DNA of 64,000 nt from Bacillota bacterium (GCA_028709305.1 JAQVXE010000001.1:7477-71476); one strand, 5' to 3'; positions 30,079 to 41,312 are shown, numbered from the stretch's first letter. Made by a program: numbers and translations. Notes: generated by a model not told the origin, from the letters alone.

Positions 30079-30429
30079 CTTTGCGGCTGCACACTCCGAG
30101 CGCTAGTCGTGCCCGAAGAGGCGCCTTTCCCCCTTCCTATTTGTGGTGAGTAGTGTGCTCCCTGCATATGGCACAAAACCGCCGATGCAAACCTCTGATG
30201 CGGCGATTTGGGAGCACTAGATAATTTCTCCGGTGGGGTCGCAAATCCTTCATTGGCAGGATAGGTGGTGTTTTGTCCCAGGGCGATTGATTCGATAGCC
30301 ATAGGCCAAAGACAGCACTTGAACTACCCCAAACCCATCGGACACTGGCATATGTGCTTTAGGTCGATGGTCAAACCCATGTCCGGGAGCATATGGTGCA
30401 CTAGACTCTATCCATGGGAGTGATGGGCA

Positions 30430-31338
30430 ATGACAGATGAAGAAAGGGAAGAGGTCGAAACGCGCCAGGCTCCGGTTTGCCCGGGCGGATTTCTGTACGA
30501 GATCAAGGCGGGCGATACGTTCTACGCTTTGGCCCGCCGGTATGGGATAAGCGTCGAGGCAATAATGGCAGCCAACCCAGGCGTCGACCCCAGAAGGCTG
30601 CAGATCGGGCAGCTTATCTGCATACCGGCTGCCGTTCCGCCTACGCCTCCAGTTTTCTGCCCCGGTGGCACGCCTTACGTGATACAGAGGGGAGATACGC
30701 TGTACAGGTTAGCTCAGAGGTACGGAACTACTGTTGATGCGTTGCTGAGAGCCAACCCGGGCATCGATCCGATGAATCTGCAGATCGGGCAGTTGATATG
30801 CATCCCAGTGCCAACACCGGTGCCGCCGCCGACGGTCTGTCCGGGCGGAATCTTCTATACGATCAGAGCAGGCGACACAATATACCTGATTGCACAGAGA
30901 TACGGGACGACGGTCCAGGCCATACTGGCCGCCAACCCTGGCCTCGATCCTGTGAGGCTTCAGGTGGGCCAGGTCATATGTGTGCCCTTGCCCGTAGTGG
31001 CGCCCCGCATTTGCACCCTTGTGCTTTCCCCGTCCGTGACAGGTCCTATCACAACGGCCGGCGGCGCTTTGTGGATGCGCACTGATGCGGCAGGCCAAAC
31101 TGAGGTATTGGTTACTATCACTAACGTGCCTCCGCCAGCGACCCTTGGAGCAGCTACGTACACAGCTCTGTTCACCTGGAATGGGTACTCGTTCCAGGTG
31201 CCAATGGCAGAGGCTATGGGCACCGGCATCTGGACTGGAACTGCGGTCCAGCAGCTTCCTGCAGCATTCTTCTCAACTGGCAGCGTCAACGTCTACCCAG
31301 GTCCCGTCCTTGGAGGACTCATAGCGAACTGCAGGTAG
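30430..31338 (+). CDS. Protein with three tandem LysM peptidoglycan-binding domains and a C-terminal domain of unknown function
   Basis: Three repeats CPGG..Y.I..GDT.Y.LA.RYG..V.A...ANPG.DP..LQ.GQ.IC.P. Confidence 0.8.
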   Translation: MTDEEREEVETRQAPVCPGGFLYEIKAGDTFYALARRYGISVEAIMAANPGVDPRRLQIGQLICIPAAVPPTPPVFCPGGTPYVIQRGDTLYRLAQRYGTTVDALLRANPGIDPMNLQIGQLICIPVPTPVPPPTVCPGGIFYTIRAGDTIYLIAQRYGTTVQAILAANPGLDPVRLQVGQVICVPLPVVAPRICTLVLSPSVTGPITTAGGALWMRTDAAGQTEVLVTITNVPPPATLGAATYTALFTWNGYSFQVPMAEAMGTGIWTGTAVQQLPAAFFSTGSVNVYPGPVLGGLIANCR

Positions 31339-31457
31339 TAGAAGGGAAAGCAGCCGAGAGATTGGGAGAGTGGAAGCCTGCGAGGTGTAGCGGATCTGAG
31401 GGGACCGGGGAGCCTGCCCCACGGGGCAGGCTTTCCTGCTCTCCCCAACGCCTGAGA

Positions 31458-32063
31458 TCACGTCAGATGTGACACGCAATTCACAGCTTCTACGACGTAA
31501 CCCGCTTCAGTATGGTCCACCACATTTATGCAGCACGGGTCCTGAGAGATCTTCCAGAAGCTCGACACAGGGGCGCGCAAGATGTCAAGGAGGACTAGCT
31601 TTGTGAGAACGCGGTGAGATACAACCACTACTTCATCGTCATGGCCGTGCGAGGAGACGATGGTACCCAATGCAGATGTGGCCCGGGCTGAAACATCCGA
31701 TAGAGACTCGCCGCCGGGGAATGTAAAGGAATCGGGGCCGGTCTGCCAGTCCAGATAGAGGTTCCCGTATTCCGACCTGATTTGACCAGTGGAGAGACCT
31801 TCCCACTCTCCGACATCGATGTCTGTCAGCGCCTCAAGAACCGCTATATTGAGGCCGTGGGGGACGGCTATCGCCCGGGCAGTGTCCACGGCGCGCGACA
31901 GGGGGCTTGTGTAGACCGCCGTGAGATTGGCTTCACGAAGGGCCCTGGCAGCCGCTGCAGCCTGGCCTCTGCCTATGTCATCGAGGGGTGCATCCATACG
32001 TCCTCGAAACGTTTCTTCGCGCCCGCGAATGGTTTGCCCGTGACGTACCAGATATATTCTCAT
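31458..32063 (-). CDS. Histidine phosphatase (phosphoglycerate mutase/CobC) family protein
   Basis: RHG catalytic motif MRIYLVRHGQT, second His in VVVVSHRV. Confidence 0.8.
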   Translation of the reverse strand: MRIYLVRHGQTIRGREETFRGRMDAPLDDIGRGQAAAAARALREANLTAVYTSPLSRAVDTARAIAVPHGLNIAVLEALTDIDVGEWEGLSTGQIRSEYGNLYLDWQTGPDSFTFPGGESLSDVSARATSALGTIVSSHGHDDEVVVVSHRVLTKLVLLDILRAPVSSFWKISQDPCCINVVDHTEAGYVVEAVNCVSHLT

Positions 32064-33496
32064 CCTATTAACACCTTCTCTTCCGGGAGGATAACGTTGG
32101 CTATGGGCTTTTGCCGTTGGGCCAGAGCGAACATCACAGTAAGCGGACCCAGACGTCCGGAGAACATGGTTATCATTATGAGGACCCTGCCGAAATCGGT
32201 TAGGGATGTCGTAATGCCTGTTGTAAGACCGACTGTGCCAAAGGCCGATACCGTCTCGAACATCACCTGGATGAAGGACGCTTCCTCTGATACGGAGAGC
32301 GCTACAGTAACTAGTGTTACCAATGTCAGCGCAAGAACGGAAATGGTTACGGCCCTGAACACCAAATCCTTGCCTATTCGCCTGTCGTAGATCTCCACTT
32401 CGCTGGAACCGCGAATAGTGGAAAGAAGCGCGGCCGTGATTGCCCCCAGAGTGGTAGTCTTTATGCCTCCACCTGTGGAGCTGGGAGATGCTCCAATGAA
32501 CATGAGCACTATGAAGACGAAAAGGGTGGAGCTTCGCATCTTGCTAATGTCCAGTGTGTTGAAGCCTGCAGTACGCGGGGTTACGCCTTGAAAGAGCGCC
32601 CCCATGATCTTGCCTCCGGGATTCAGGTTGCCCAATGTGGCAGGGTTGGAAAACTCCAGTCCGAATGTGGCGATGACTCCTACCAGCAGGAGCCAGAATG
32701 TGACCTCAAGCACCAACTTCGTATGTAGGGAGAACCTGTTGCCTTTCCTGTGGCCGAGCAGCTCAACTATGACTGGAAATCCAAGACCTCCAATGATGAT
32801 CAGAGACCCAATTGTGAAGACGACTACGGGATCCGCTTCCCAGTACGTGAGGCTGGAGAAGGGTCCTGTTATCGACCCGAACAGATCGAATCCTGCATTG
32901 CAGAATGCCGATACAGAGTGGAATATGCCGTAATATACCGCCCTGGAGGCTGGCATTATCGACGAAAACCGCAGAGAGAGTATGATCGCCCCTGCGCCTT
33001 CCACAACGAAGGTGGTCAGCAGGAGGTACCTTGTGAGCCGCACAAGGCCTGCTACGCTAAACTGGTTGAGGGATTCTTGTAGGAGAATTCTCCCTCGAAG
33101 TGTGATCTTGCGGCCCAAAAAGAGCGCTATCATGGTGGCAAGGGCCATGAACCCCAGTCCACCTACTTGTATCAGGGTGAGAATAACTATCTGTCCAAAA
33201 AGCGAAAAAGATGTGGCTGTATCGAGCACTACCAGCCCTGTGACGCACGTAGCAGATGTTGCCGTGAAAATGGCGTCAATGAACCTGATGCTGTTCCCGC
33301 TGGCGGATGCTGCTGGAAGCGAAAGCAATATTGCACCGATGATTATGACGGCAGCGAAACCTGTGACCAGGACTTGTGATGGGCTGAGCTTCGCGCGGCG
33401 AAACCTATTGATGAAACCTCTGCGTGAACCCATGTTTTCAGTCATAACCGCCTTCACTCCCCTGGATGCAACCAATCCTACCATTGGGGTATGCAC
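32060..33496 (-). CDS. trkH: Trk/Ktr-family K+ uptake membrane subunit (TrkH-like)
   Basis: ~10 TM, repeated pore-loop G-x-G motifs (TGGG, GLGF), length 478 aa. Confidence 0.8.
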   Translation of the reverse strand: MHTPMVGLVASRGVKAVMTENMGSRRGFINRFRRAKLSPSQVLVTGFAAVIIIGAILLSLPAASASGNSIRFIDAIFTATSATCVTGLVVLDTATSFSLFGQIVILTLIQVGGLGFMALATMIALFLGRKITLRGRILLQESLNQFSVAGLVRLTRYLLLTTFVVEGAGAIILSLRFSSIMPASRAVYYGIFHSVSAFCNAGFDLFGSITGPFSSLTYWEADPVVVFTIGSLIIIGGLGFPVIVELLGHRKGNRFSLHTKLVLEVTFWLLLVGVIATFGLEFSNPATLGNLNPGGKIMGALFQGVTPRTAGFNTLDISKMRSSTLFVFIVLMFIGASPSSTGGGIKTTTLGAITAALLSTIRGSSEVEIYDRRIGKDLVFRAVTISVLALTLVTLVTVALSVSEEASFIQVMFETVSAFGTVGLTTGITTSLTDFGRVLIMITMFSGRLGPLTVMFALAQRQKPIANVILPEEKVLIG

Positions 33497-33651
33497 GTGT
33501 CAATTCTATCAAATGGAGCAAACGGTCGTCACTATGCACCCCTATTTCACAATTGCAGAACGCACTTGGGAGGATTGGCGAATCTTGATGCAGAAGTGGA
33601 AGCAGTGTAAGATACTTAGTAACACTTAGCGAAACTGAGAGGTGACGATGG

Positions 33652-34971
33652 GTGGACGACCCAAGTAGTAGTAGCTACTTGTTTGCCTTTGTCTGCTTGG
33701 CGTTGTCTGGCATGTTCTCCGCGAGTGAGGCTGCTATCCTTTCATCTGATGAGTTGAGGCTTAAAAGCAGATACTCATCGGACCGCAGACTACGTTCAGC
33801 TCTTGCTGTAAAGAAGAGCCCCGCTTCTGCCATTTCATTTATTCTCCTTGGAAACACACTGGTCAATGCAATCTTCGCTGGACTTGTGGCTTCCATAGTC
33901 CACTCACTGGCAATGCGTGATGGCGGACTGGCTGACGCGATTGCCACAGCGACCGCCACGGCGATACTACTCGTATTCTCTGAGATCAGTCCCAAGCTTG
34001 TGGCTGGAGGCAACCCCGAAGCTGTTGCGCTATGGGCGTCATCATGGCTGCCGGGATTCGCTTCCGTGCTGAGACCTGTGTCCAATTTGCTAACTTCATT
34101 GTCCAGGTATCTTGCGTCGCGTCTTCCACAGCCGACGCTTTCCGAGGAGGACTTTGGGGAGCTGCGATTTCTTGCGGCTGTGGAATACGGTGAGGAGGCA
34201 GGCGTTATCTCAGGCCTCGAAAAGGAGATGATATGGGGAGCTATGGAAACCCCTGACCTCATGGCCAAAGAGATAATGACTCCAAGGCCGCAAATTGTCG
34301 CGGCGGGCGAGGACGACAGCGCCAAAGAGGCGTTGGATTTGATGCTGGATGAGGGTTTCTCGCGCATTCCGGTGTACGTAGATTCTATCGACAAGGTCAC
34401 CGGAATACTGAACATGAAGGACATCGCCTCATTTATTAGCCGATCTCCGGGAGACTGGCGGGAGAGCCTCGAGCGCATGCCATGTGTGCAGCTGGCAGTG
34501 AAGCCCTACTTCACTCATGAAAGGAAAAGAGTGTCTGACCTGCTCATAGAGATGCGGCTCAAGGGCGTGCATACGGCCATAGTCGTCGATGGCCATGATG
34601 GCGTTTCTGGGCTTGTTACTCTGGAAGACGTTTTGGAGGTTATCGTCGGCGACATTCAAGACGAGTATGACGAGGAGGCCCCAGAGCTGCTGATGGTGGA
34701 AGCAGGGTGCTGGCAGGCTGTTGGAAGTCTGCGACTGGCGGACCTTGCAGAAGCTGTCGATGTCGATCTTCCTACAGATGAGTTTGATTCTGTGGCCGAC
34801 TTCATCATGGCATGCCTCGACAGGGTTCCGTCCCAGGGCGATGCATACTCCCTTGTCAATCCCAGGTTGACCTTTGAGGTTAGGGATATGGAGGGTCCGC
34901 GAATCAGGCGGGTCACGGTGAAATCGCAGGAAGGTGCAGACGGAGGCTTGAATGGAGGCGGGATGCCATGA
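33652..34971 (+). CDS. CNNM/HlyC/CorC-family transporter (DUF21 + CBS pair + CorC_HlyC domain)
   Basis: N-terminal 4-TM DUF21, tandem CBS, C-terminal transporter-associated domain. Confidence 0.85.
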   Translation: MDDPSSSSYLFAFVCLALSGMFSASEAAILSSDELRLKSRYSSDRRLRSALAVKKSPASAISFILLGNTLVNAIFAGLVASIVHSLAMRDGGLADAIATATATAILLVFSEISPKLVAGGNPEAVALWASSWLPGFASVLRPVSNLLTSLSRYLASRLPQPTLSEEDFGELRFLAAVEYGEEAGVISGLEKEMIWGAMETPDLMAKEIMTPRPQIVAAGEDDSAKEALDLMLDEGFSRIPVYVDSIDKVTGILNMKDIASFISRSPGDWRESLERMPCVQLAVKPYFTHERKRVSDLLIEMRLKGVHTAIVVDGHDGVSGLVTLEDVLEVIVGDIQDEYDEEAPELLMVEAGCWQAVGSLRLADLAEAVDVDLPTDEFDSVADFIMACLDRVPSQGDAYSLVNPRLTFEVRDMEGPRIRRVTVKSQEGADGGLNGGGMP

Positions 34972-36056
34972 TCGCGCTGGATTTTCTAGCCTCTTTTCTG
35001 ATCCGAGTTATCGTCTTTGTTGCATCGGTGCTCGGGGTAGGTTTCTTTGCGGCATCTGAGACTGCGTTTCTAAGCATGAACAGATGGGCAGTTGACAAGC
35101 TTGCCGGCGAGGGCGATAGGAATGCTCGTGCCCTATGCCAACTTGTGGAAGATGCGGGCAAGACTATGTCTGGCGTGCTGGTGGGGACGAACGTTTTGGC
35201 GACCTTAGCATCAGTTTTGGCAGTCTCCATTCTGGTCATGGCCGGAGTATCTGGGGCGAGAGCGATAGCTGTCTCATCCATAGCGACAACCGCAATCATA
35301 CTGGTCTTCTCCGAGTTGACTCCGAAGACCTATGCAGCAAGGAATCCTACGGCGACTGCGCTTGAGGTTGCGCGTCCGCTCTCTCTGGCCACTACTGCGC
35401 TCGGTCCGGTTGCCTCGTTTCTTGCCTGGATTCCTTTGCACATAGCTGCCTTGTTTAGGCGAAGATCGGGAGCGCGCAGTGAGACTCCTGATGACCTGAT
35501 TCGAGCAGCTCTCGATGCCGCTGAGGATGACGGGGCGGTCATCCCTGCAGAAACAGAGGTTATCCATGGGGTTCTGGATTCCAAAGCCAAGCTTATCCGC
35601 GACATCATGACTCCAATGGATCGGACTTTCGCCTTGAACCATGACTCTACTTTGGAGGACTTCATGGCCGCATACCGCGAGCAACGCTATAGTCGGATGC
35701 CGATAATCGCTCCCTCTGGCAGCAGGGTGATTGGTGTTGCGCATGTGAAGGACGTGATGAGAGAGATCGTTGCAGGCGGCGATCCGTCCGAAAAGCCGGT
35801 TCGCTCAGCCGCTAAGGCCGCGTGCCTTGTTCCTGCGGATGCTCCGGCACTGGATGCCTTCAACGCGATAAGGAGCCGCAGAGCGCACCTGGCTGTAGTG
35901 GTCGACTATGGAGTGCCTGCAGGCATCGTCACATTGGAGGATTTTCTCGAAGAGATAGTGGGCGATATCCCGGAGGACATATCGGGTCATGTCTTGAGGC
36001 AGGCCTATGGCGCAGCTGGTCTGGCTGCAGTAGCAGAAAATGTAGAGGGGATGTGA
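34968..36056 (+). CDS. Second CNNM/DUF21-CBS family membrane protein (tandem paralog)
   Basis: Same DUF21 + CBS architecture; 4-nt overlap with upstream paralog. Confidence 0.8.
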   Translation: MIALDFLASFLIRVIVFVASVLGVGFFAASETAFLSMNRWAVDKLAGEGDRNARALCQLVEDAGKTMSGVLVGTNVLATLASVLAVSILVMAGVSGARAIAVSSIATTAIILVFSELTPKTYAARNPTATALEVARPLSLATTALGPVASFLAWIPLHIAALFRRRSGARSETPDDLIRAALDAAEDDGAVIPAETEVIHGVLDSKAKLIRDIMTPMDRTFALNHDSTLEDFMAAYREQRYSRMPIIAPSGSRVIGVAHVKDVMREIVAGGDPSEKPVRSAAKAACLVPADAPALDAFNAIRSRRAHLAVVVDYGVPAGIVTLEDFLEEIVGDIPEDISGHVLRQAYGAAGLAAVAENVEGM

Positions 36057-36061
36057 GGGGC

Positions 36062-37063
36062 GTGCCGGAACAACTCCATAGGAAAGCACATGCGCCTTCG
36101 TGGAAGCGGGCTCTGGAGAACACAATCAAGTCCTGGTGCCCTGTTTCCAGGGATAACCGGGTTCTAATCGTTACCGACACTCAGAGGTTGCCTGTGGCTC
36201 AGTCTCTGTCAGGGCTATGTGAGGAGTCGGGCTGTGATACCCGGCTGTGCGTATTTCGGCAGACAGACGCCAGATACTCGACCACAGACATCCCAGGAGA
36301 GCTGCTGGAGTTTGGGCCTATGGACGCAACGTTTGTACTGCTCTCTGACGATTATTATTTGGCCAGAAATGGACTTGCCAGGCTTTTCCCTGCACTCACA
36401 CGACCCGGGTGGCTGAATTCGCGTTACGTGTTTTTCAGGCCGCGAATCCCTGACCAGGCCCTCCTTGAGGGATTGTGCACCAGCAGGGAAGTTGTGGATC
36501 GTATTGTCGGCACGTATGCCTCACATGCGCGTGGCGAGATGTTATGCGTTGCAGCGCCGGGAGGGACTGACATAAGAGTCGTCGTCGGCGACTTCGAAGC
36601 GTTGCCGTACATTGTCGACTCGCCGGCCGCGAACTGTTTCTTGCCTCCGTCTGAAACATATGCTGCTCTGGACGAGACTTCGGCCAATGGCATCATCGTG
36701 GCCGATCTGACCGTTGGGGAGTTCGTGTGCGATGGCCAATTGCTGGAGGCTTTTGGACGGCCTGATGTTCCTGTACGTTTTGTGGTGGAAGATGGTCTGA
36801 TCGTAGCCGTGGAGGGCGGGAGTTTCGCCGATAGCCTCAGAGAACTGCTTTGGGCTCTGCCAGTAGACGCCCGCCGCGTAGTGGAGCTTGGAATTGGGTT
36901 GTCTGCGATCTCTCCGACCGGGTACATTGGAGCCGACGAATGCATTGCAGGCACATGCCATTTCGGAATTGGCGACAATAGGTTCTATGGTGGAAGGAAT
37001 GATGCTCCCATACATCTGGATGTGGTTGTGGATCGGCCTTCCATAGGGCTCTATCCGCTGTGA
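36062..37063 (+). CDS. Putative M29-type aminopeptidase (AmpS/PepS-like); GTG start; the ORF-track N-terminal extension is a shadow of the upstream gene
   Basis: C-terminal HFGIGDN...GGRNDAPIHLDVVV resembles the M29 metal-site signature; N-terminal VLIVTD region. Confidence 0.45.
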   Translation: MPEQLHRKAHAPSWKRALENTIKSWCPVSRDNRVLIVTDTQRLPVAQSLSGLCEESGCDTRLCVFRQTDARYSTTDIPGELLEFGPMDATFVLLSDDYYLARNGLARLFPALTRPGWLNSRYVFFRPRIPDQALLEGLCTSREVVDRIVGTYASHARGEMLCVAAPGGTDIRVVVGDFEALPYIVDSPAANCFLPPSETYAALDETSANGIIVADLTVGEFVCDGQLLEAFGRPDVPVRFVVEDGLIVAVEGGSFADSLRELLWALPVDARRVVELGIGLSAISPTGYIGADECIAGTCHFGIGDNRFYGGRNDAPIHLDVVVDRPSIGLYPL

Positions 37064-37184
37064 TGCGCAATGCCCGAAGCAAGTCGGCTGCAGAAGACTG
37101 ATGAGATTCACTCTTGACCCAAGCAAGAGCATTGTGTGGCCCTTGACCGCACTTTGCACCTGTGGTAAAATTCTTACGCAACGT

Positions 37185-37264
37185 GGTGGATGTAGCTCAG
37201 CTGGCTAGAGCATCAGATTGTGGCTCTGAGGGTCGTGGGTTCAAGTCCCATCATCCACCCCATT
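37185..37264 (+). tRNA. tRNA-His (anticodon GUG) with extra 5' G(-1), CCA encoded
   Basis: Manual fold: G-1, GUGGAUG acceptor, anticodon loop UUGUGGC, T-arm GUGGGUUCAAGUCCCAU. Confidence 0.9.
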
Positions 37265-37354
37265 AACTCGAATGTAGGGCCCTGGCAATGTCCAGGGCTC
37301 ATTGCTTTACACTCACTTTGGGTTATGCTATACTTTGACGCGGGAATGAGGCGT

Positions 37355-37431
37355 GCGCCCGTAGCTCAGCTGGACAGAGCGATGGACTTCGAATCCATAG
37401 GCCGCAGGTTCGAGCCCTGCCGGGCGTGCCA
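37355..37431 (+). tRNA. tRNA-Arg (anticodon UCG), CCA encoded
   Basis: Manual fold: GCGCCCG acceptor (G1:U72), D-arm GCUCAGCUGGACAGAGC, anticodon loop CUUCGAA, T-arm GCAGGUUCGAGCCCUGC. Confidence 0.8.
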
Positions 37432-37611
37432 TTCATTTTTGTATTTCAGAGCTCAACCGGTGCATATCCAAGGTTGGCATTGATGTCCCGGTGGCGGCCG
37501 ATGGAGCCGCCTTCCGGGGCATAATATTGTGAACGGAATTTCTCAAAGGAATCAACTTGCGCATCGTCGAATAGGTTACCCGAAGGATGCTCGGGACAGC
37601 GAGGTGTACTT

Positions 37612-39108
37612 ATGTATAAAGCCAGTGTAATCGATAACGATCAGGGGTTAGTAACTCTGGAAATAGTCGTAAGCAAGGACGCAGTTCGTCAAGCATTGAA
37701 AAGTGCGGTTCGCAGAGTAGGACAGCGAGTTTCCGTCCCGGGCTTCCGAAGAGGCAAGGCGCCCCGCATGATATTGGAGAGCTATGTCGGCAGGGAGGCC
37801 ATCTATGATGAGGCTATCCGTGACGTAGTTCCTAAGGCCTATGAGGAGGCACTTAAGGAGGCAGATCTCACTCCACTGGAAGATCCGGCATTTGAAGGGC
37901 TTGAACAGCCTGAACTGGATTCTGGTGAGCCTTTGACCTTCAGAGCCAGAGTGACGGTAAAGCCTGAGGTAAAGCTTGGAGATTACAAGGCCATCAAGCT
38001 GGATAGGGAGAAGCGCGAGGTGACTGATGCCGACATCGACCGCGTGCTTGAGAATCTTCGAGACAGGCGAGGAGAGTTTGCTCCGACAGAGCGCACTATT
38101 GCTCAGTCAGGAGACCTCGTGACTGTGGATATCAAAGCTTCAGTGGACGGAGAGCCAGTTGAAGAGCTTTCGGTTCATGACACGCAAGTACCTGTTGGCA
38201 TGGGCTATCTGCTGGAAGGCATGGACGATGAGATAGAAGGGATGACGGTAGGCGAGCCCAAAGAGTTCAAAGCCGTTATTCCTGAGGATTTTGGAATTGA
38301 AGAACTCCAGGATGTTGAAGCAACCTTCAACATCCTGGTGAAAGATATCAAGGTAAAGCAATTGCCGGAGCTGGATGATGAATTTGCCAAGGATTTCGGC
38401 AACGTCGAAACCCTGGAGGAGTTGCGCAGAGACATCAGGCATTCCATGGCGCACCGCTTGCTTGCCGACGCCCGAAGAGATTTGGCTGAGCGTGCTCTTG
38501 ATGCGCTGGTTACGACCTCCGAGGTTGAGCCGCCCAAGCTCCTGGTTGAGCAAGAGGCTGACAGGGCCTTTGAACGATTGCAGAGCAGAGTGGAGGAACA
38601 GGGCCTTACGTGGGATCAGTACCTGGAGGCAAAGAACCAATCTGAGGATGACGCATATCAGGAAATCCTCGAGCTTGCGCCGGCTGCTGCCAAGAAGTTG
38701 CTCGTGACTGAGGCATTGGCCAAAGAGGAGAATCTCCTTCCCACTACCGACGAAGTGAGCATTGCCGTAGCTCAGATGATGAGCTACGTTGGCACGCAGA
38801 ACCGCGAGGTACTGCAGAAGGCAATAGTAGATCCGGGTCTGCGTCAGGCCGCAGCTGAAGGGATACTGCGCGACAAGGTTTTGGAATACCTGGCGCAAAC
38901 ATGCGACTCCGATCCTGAGTCGGCTGAATGCCAGGAGTGCGCTGCATTGGAAGCTGAGGCGAAGGCAGAGAAGGCCGAAGCCAAGGCTGAAGAGGAAGGT
39001 GCAGAGCAGGCAGTTGGGGCCTCGGAACCGGGCTCAACTGAGGAGGGGCCAGAGTCTCCCGAGCCGGAGGCAGCAGGTTCGCCAGAAGACGGAGAAGAGG
39101 ATAACTAA
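37612..39108 (+). CDS. tig: Trigger factor (ribosome-associated PPIase chaperone) with acidic C-terminal tail
   Basis: Canonical trigger factor N-terminus (GFRRGKAP ribosome-binding signature) and length; synteny tig-clpP-clpX. Confidence 0.95.
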   Translation: MYKASVIDNDQGLVTLEIVVSKDAVRQALKSAVRRVGQRVSVPGFRRGKAPRMILESYVGREAIYDEAIRDVVPKAYEEALKEADLTPLEDPAFEGLEQPELDSGEPLTFRARVTVKPEVKLGDYKAIKLDREKREVTDADIDRVLENLRDRRGEFAPTERTIAQSGDLVTVDIKASVDGEPVEELSVHDTQVPVGMGYLLEGMDDEIEGMTVGEPKEFKAVIPEDFGIEELQDVEATFNILVKDIKVKQLPELDDEFAKDFGNVETLEELRRDIRHSMAHRLLADARRDLAERALDALVTTSEVEPPKLLVEQEADRAFERLQSRVEEQGLTWDQYLEAKNQSEDDAYQEILELAPAAAKKLLVTEALAKEENLLPTTDEVSIAVAQMMSYVGTQNREVLQKAIVDPGLRQAAAEGILRDKVLEYLAQTCDSDPESAECQECAALEAEAKAEKAEAKAEEEGAEQAVGASEPGSTEEGPESPEPEAAGSPEDGEEDN

Positions 39109-39323
39109 GCTGAGTAAGAAACCGTTCGGAACTGGGCGTGTTGGCCAAGTCTCCGACTGGGCCTGCGTGCATACAGTGCTATGAGGAATTAATTGCTGTC
39201 CAAAGCAGCAGAATAATCTGGACTCTGTCTGCGTGCACCATGTCGCCTTTGACAGGAGCCGCCCCCTTGATGCGGGGCGCGGGTTTAAAGGGAATAAAAG
39301 GAAATGAGAGAGACAAAGAGGTG

Positions 39324-39923
39324 ATGGACATGACCCTCATACCTATGGTCGTTGAACAGACTAGCCGCGGTGAGCGAGCATATGACATTTACTCCAGGCT
39401 GCTCAAGGACAGGATCATCTTCGTTGGTGGCCCGATCGATGACAGCATGGCGAATCTTGTCATAGCGCAGATGCTATTTCTGCAAGGTGAGGATCCTGAG
39501 AAGGACATCAATCTTTACATCAACAGCCCGGGTGGGGTAGTCACTGCTGGGCTAGCCATATACGACACTATGCAGTACGTGAAGCCTGATGTTTCCACGG
39601 TTTGTGTAGGGCTTGCGGCAAGCGCGGCGGCCGTGCTTCTTGCAGCGGGTGCCAAGGGGAAGCGTTACGCTTTGCCTTATTCCAGGATAATGGTTCACCA
39701 GCCTCATGGCGGCACACAGGGTCAGGCCACCGACATAGAGATACAGGCGAAGGAAATCCTGAGAATCAAGAGCATTACCAACGAGATTCTTGCGCACCAC
39801 ACTGGGCAGCCTATTGATCGAATCGACCGTGATACGGATCGCGACTTCTACATGTCAGCCCAGGAGGCCAGGGAGTACGGGATTGTTGACAGCATTTTCG
39901 AGGGCAAGGCTGGAGAGGCTTAG
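39324..39923 (+). CDS. clpP: ATP-dependent Clp protease proteolytic subunit ClpP (start at ATG 39324 after RBS aaagagg)
   Basis: [20 protein letters not shown], catalytic Ser in AASAAA-context, His in MVHQP. Confidence 0.95.
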   Translation: MDMTLIPMVVEQTSRGERAYDIYSRLLKDRIIFVGGPIDDSMANLVIAQMLFLQGEDPEKDINLYINSPGGVVTAGLAIYDTMQYVKPDVSTVCVGLAASAAAVLLAAGAKGKRYALPYSRIMVHQPHGGTQGQATDIEIQAKEILRIKSITNEILAHHTGQPIDRIDRDTDRDFYMSAQEAREYGIVDSIFEGKAGEA

Positions 39924-39938
39924 CCGAGGGGTGGTATC

Positions 39939-41204
39939 ATGTTCAAGTATGGTGATGATAAAGGTCAACTGAGATGTTCCTTCTGCGGCAAGGCCCAGGA
40001 GCAGGTAAGACGGCTAATTGCCGGTCCTGGAGTATACATCTGCGATGAGTGCATTGAGCTGTGCAATGAGATAATCGAGGAAGAGTCGGGGATCAGTTCC
40101 GACATCGACTTCAGCGAGATTCCAAAGCCGCACGAAATCCGCGCCATTCTTGACGAGTATGTGATTGGGCAAGATGACGCCAAGAAGACGCTTTCTGTTG
40201 CCGTGTACAACCATTACAAGAGGATCAGCGCTGCGCCCCACGTTGATGATGTGGAGCTGCAGAAGAGCAACATCATGCTCCTTGGTCCTACCGGCTGTGG
40301 AAAAACGCTCCTCGCTCAGACGCTTGCCAAGATCCTTAACGTGCCTTTCGCCATATCCGACGCAACCTCCCTTACGGAGGCGGGCTATGTTGGAGAGGAC
40401 GTTGAGAATATCTTGCTCAAGCTTATTCAGAACGCCGACTATGACATAGAGCGGGCAGAAAAGGGTATTGTTTATATCGACGAGGTAGACAAGATAGCAA
40501 GGAAGTCAGAGAACCCGTCCATAACCAGGGACGTATCGGGCGAAGGAGTGCAGCAGGCCCTCCTTAAGATCCTGGAGGGCACTGTGGCCAGCGTGCCTCC
40601 TCAAGGAGGACGGAAGCACCCCCATCAGGAGTTCATCCAGCTGGATACGACCAATATCCTCTTCATATGCGGGGGCGCGTTCGACGGGCTCGACAAGATA
40701 ATAGAGAACCGGATCGGCCGCAAGACTCTGGGGTTTGGGGCCGAGGTAAAGCCGAAGGTTGACCGGAACATCGGCGACACTCTTCGTCAGGTGATGCCGG
40801 AGGATCTTCTGAAATTCGGCCTGATCCCTGAGTTCATCGGCAGGCTTCCTGTGGTTGTTCCCCTCGACGCATTGGATGAAGAGTCGTTGGTCCGAATACT
40901 GACTGAGCCCAGGAATGCCCTGGTGAAGCAGTACAGGAAGCTCTTTGAGCTGGATGGCGTTGAGCTTGAGTTTACCGATGACTCGCTCCAGTCCGTGGCT
41001 CGGAAGGCTATGGAGAGGAATACGGGTGCCAGAGGGTTGAGGTCGATCATGGAGCATATCATGCTCGACATAATGTACGACATACCCACTCGCACCGACG
41101 TCAAGAAGGTCGTTATCACCAAGGAGACTGTAGCTGACGACGGTCAGCCCACCATGGTGTTAAGCGAGAAGAAGCCAGTCCGCAAGAAGGAAGAGACTGC
41201 GTAG
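39939..41204 (+). CDS. clpX: ATP-dependent Clp protease ATPase subunit ClpX
   Basis: N-terminal zinc-binding CSFCGK...CDEC, Walker A GPTGCGKT, ClpX length. Confidence 0.95.
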   Translation: MFKYGDDKGQLRCSFCGKAQEQVRRLIAGPGVYICDECIELCNEIIEEESGISSDIDFSEIPKPHEIRAILDEYVIGQDDAKKTLSVAVYNHYKRISAAPHVDDVELQKSNIMLLGPTGCGKTLLAQTLAKILNVPFAISDATSLTEAGYVGEDVENILLKLIQNADYDIERAEKGIVYIDEVDKIARKSENPSITRDVSGEGVQQALLKILEGTVASVPPQGGRKHPHQEFIQLDTTNILFICGGAFDGLDKIIENRIGRKTLGFGAEVKPKVDRNIGDTLRQVMPEDLLKFGLIPEFIGRLPVVVPLDALDEESLVRILTEPRNALVKQYRKLFELDGVELEFTDDSLQSVARKAMERNTGARGLRSIMEHIMLDIMYDIPTRTDVKKVVITKETVADDGQPTMVLSEKKPVRKKEETA

Positions 41205-41312
41205 GGCTTGAAAACCCGCAGGGCATGTCAGAGCTTGCGGAAATCCATATGGCATCCTGATATCCCGGCGTGACGCACTGCGTTCGCCGGGATAGTTGTT
41301 CTTTCGGCGGGC

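Noticed and set aside
35822-36061. Long N-terminal extension of the aminopeptidase-like ORF (MPCSCGCSGTGC...)
   Set aside because: It overlaps the well-supported CNNM paralog in another frame. A GTG at 36062 just after that gene's stop gives a sensible start.
39200-39320. CtsR heptad operator upstream of clpP
   Set aside because: No tandem GGTCAAA repeats found; only an isolated TTTGAC.
39138-39323. ClpP ORF extension upstream of the canonical start
   Set aside because: ATG 39324 is preceded by an RBS and yields the conserved ClpP N-terminus; the upstream portion lacks homology.
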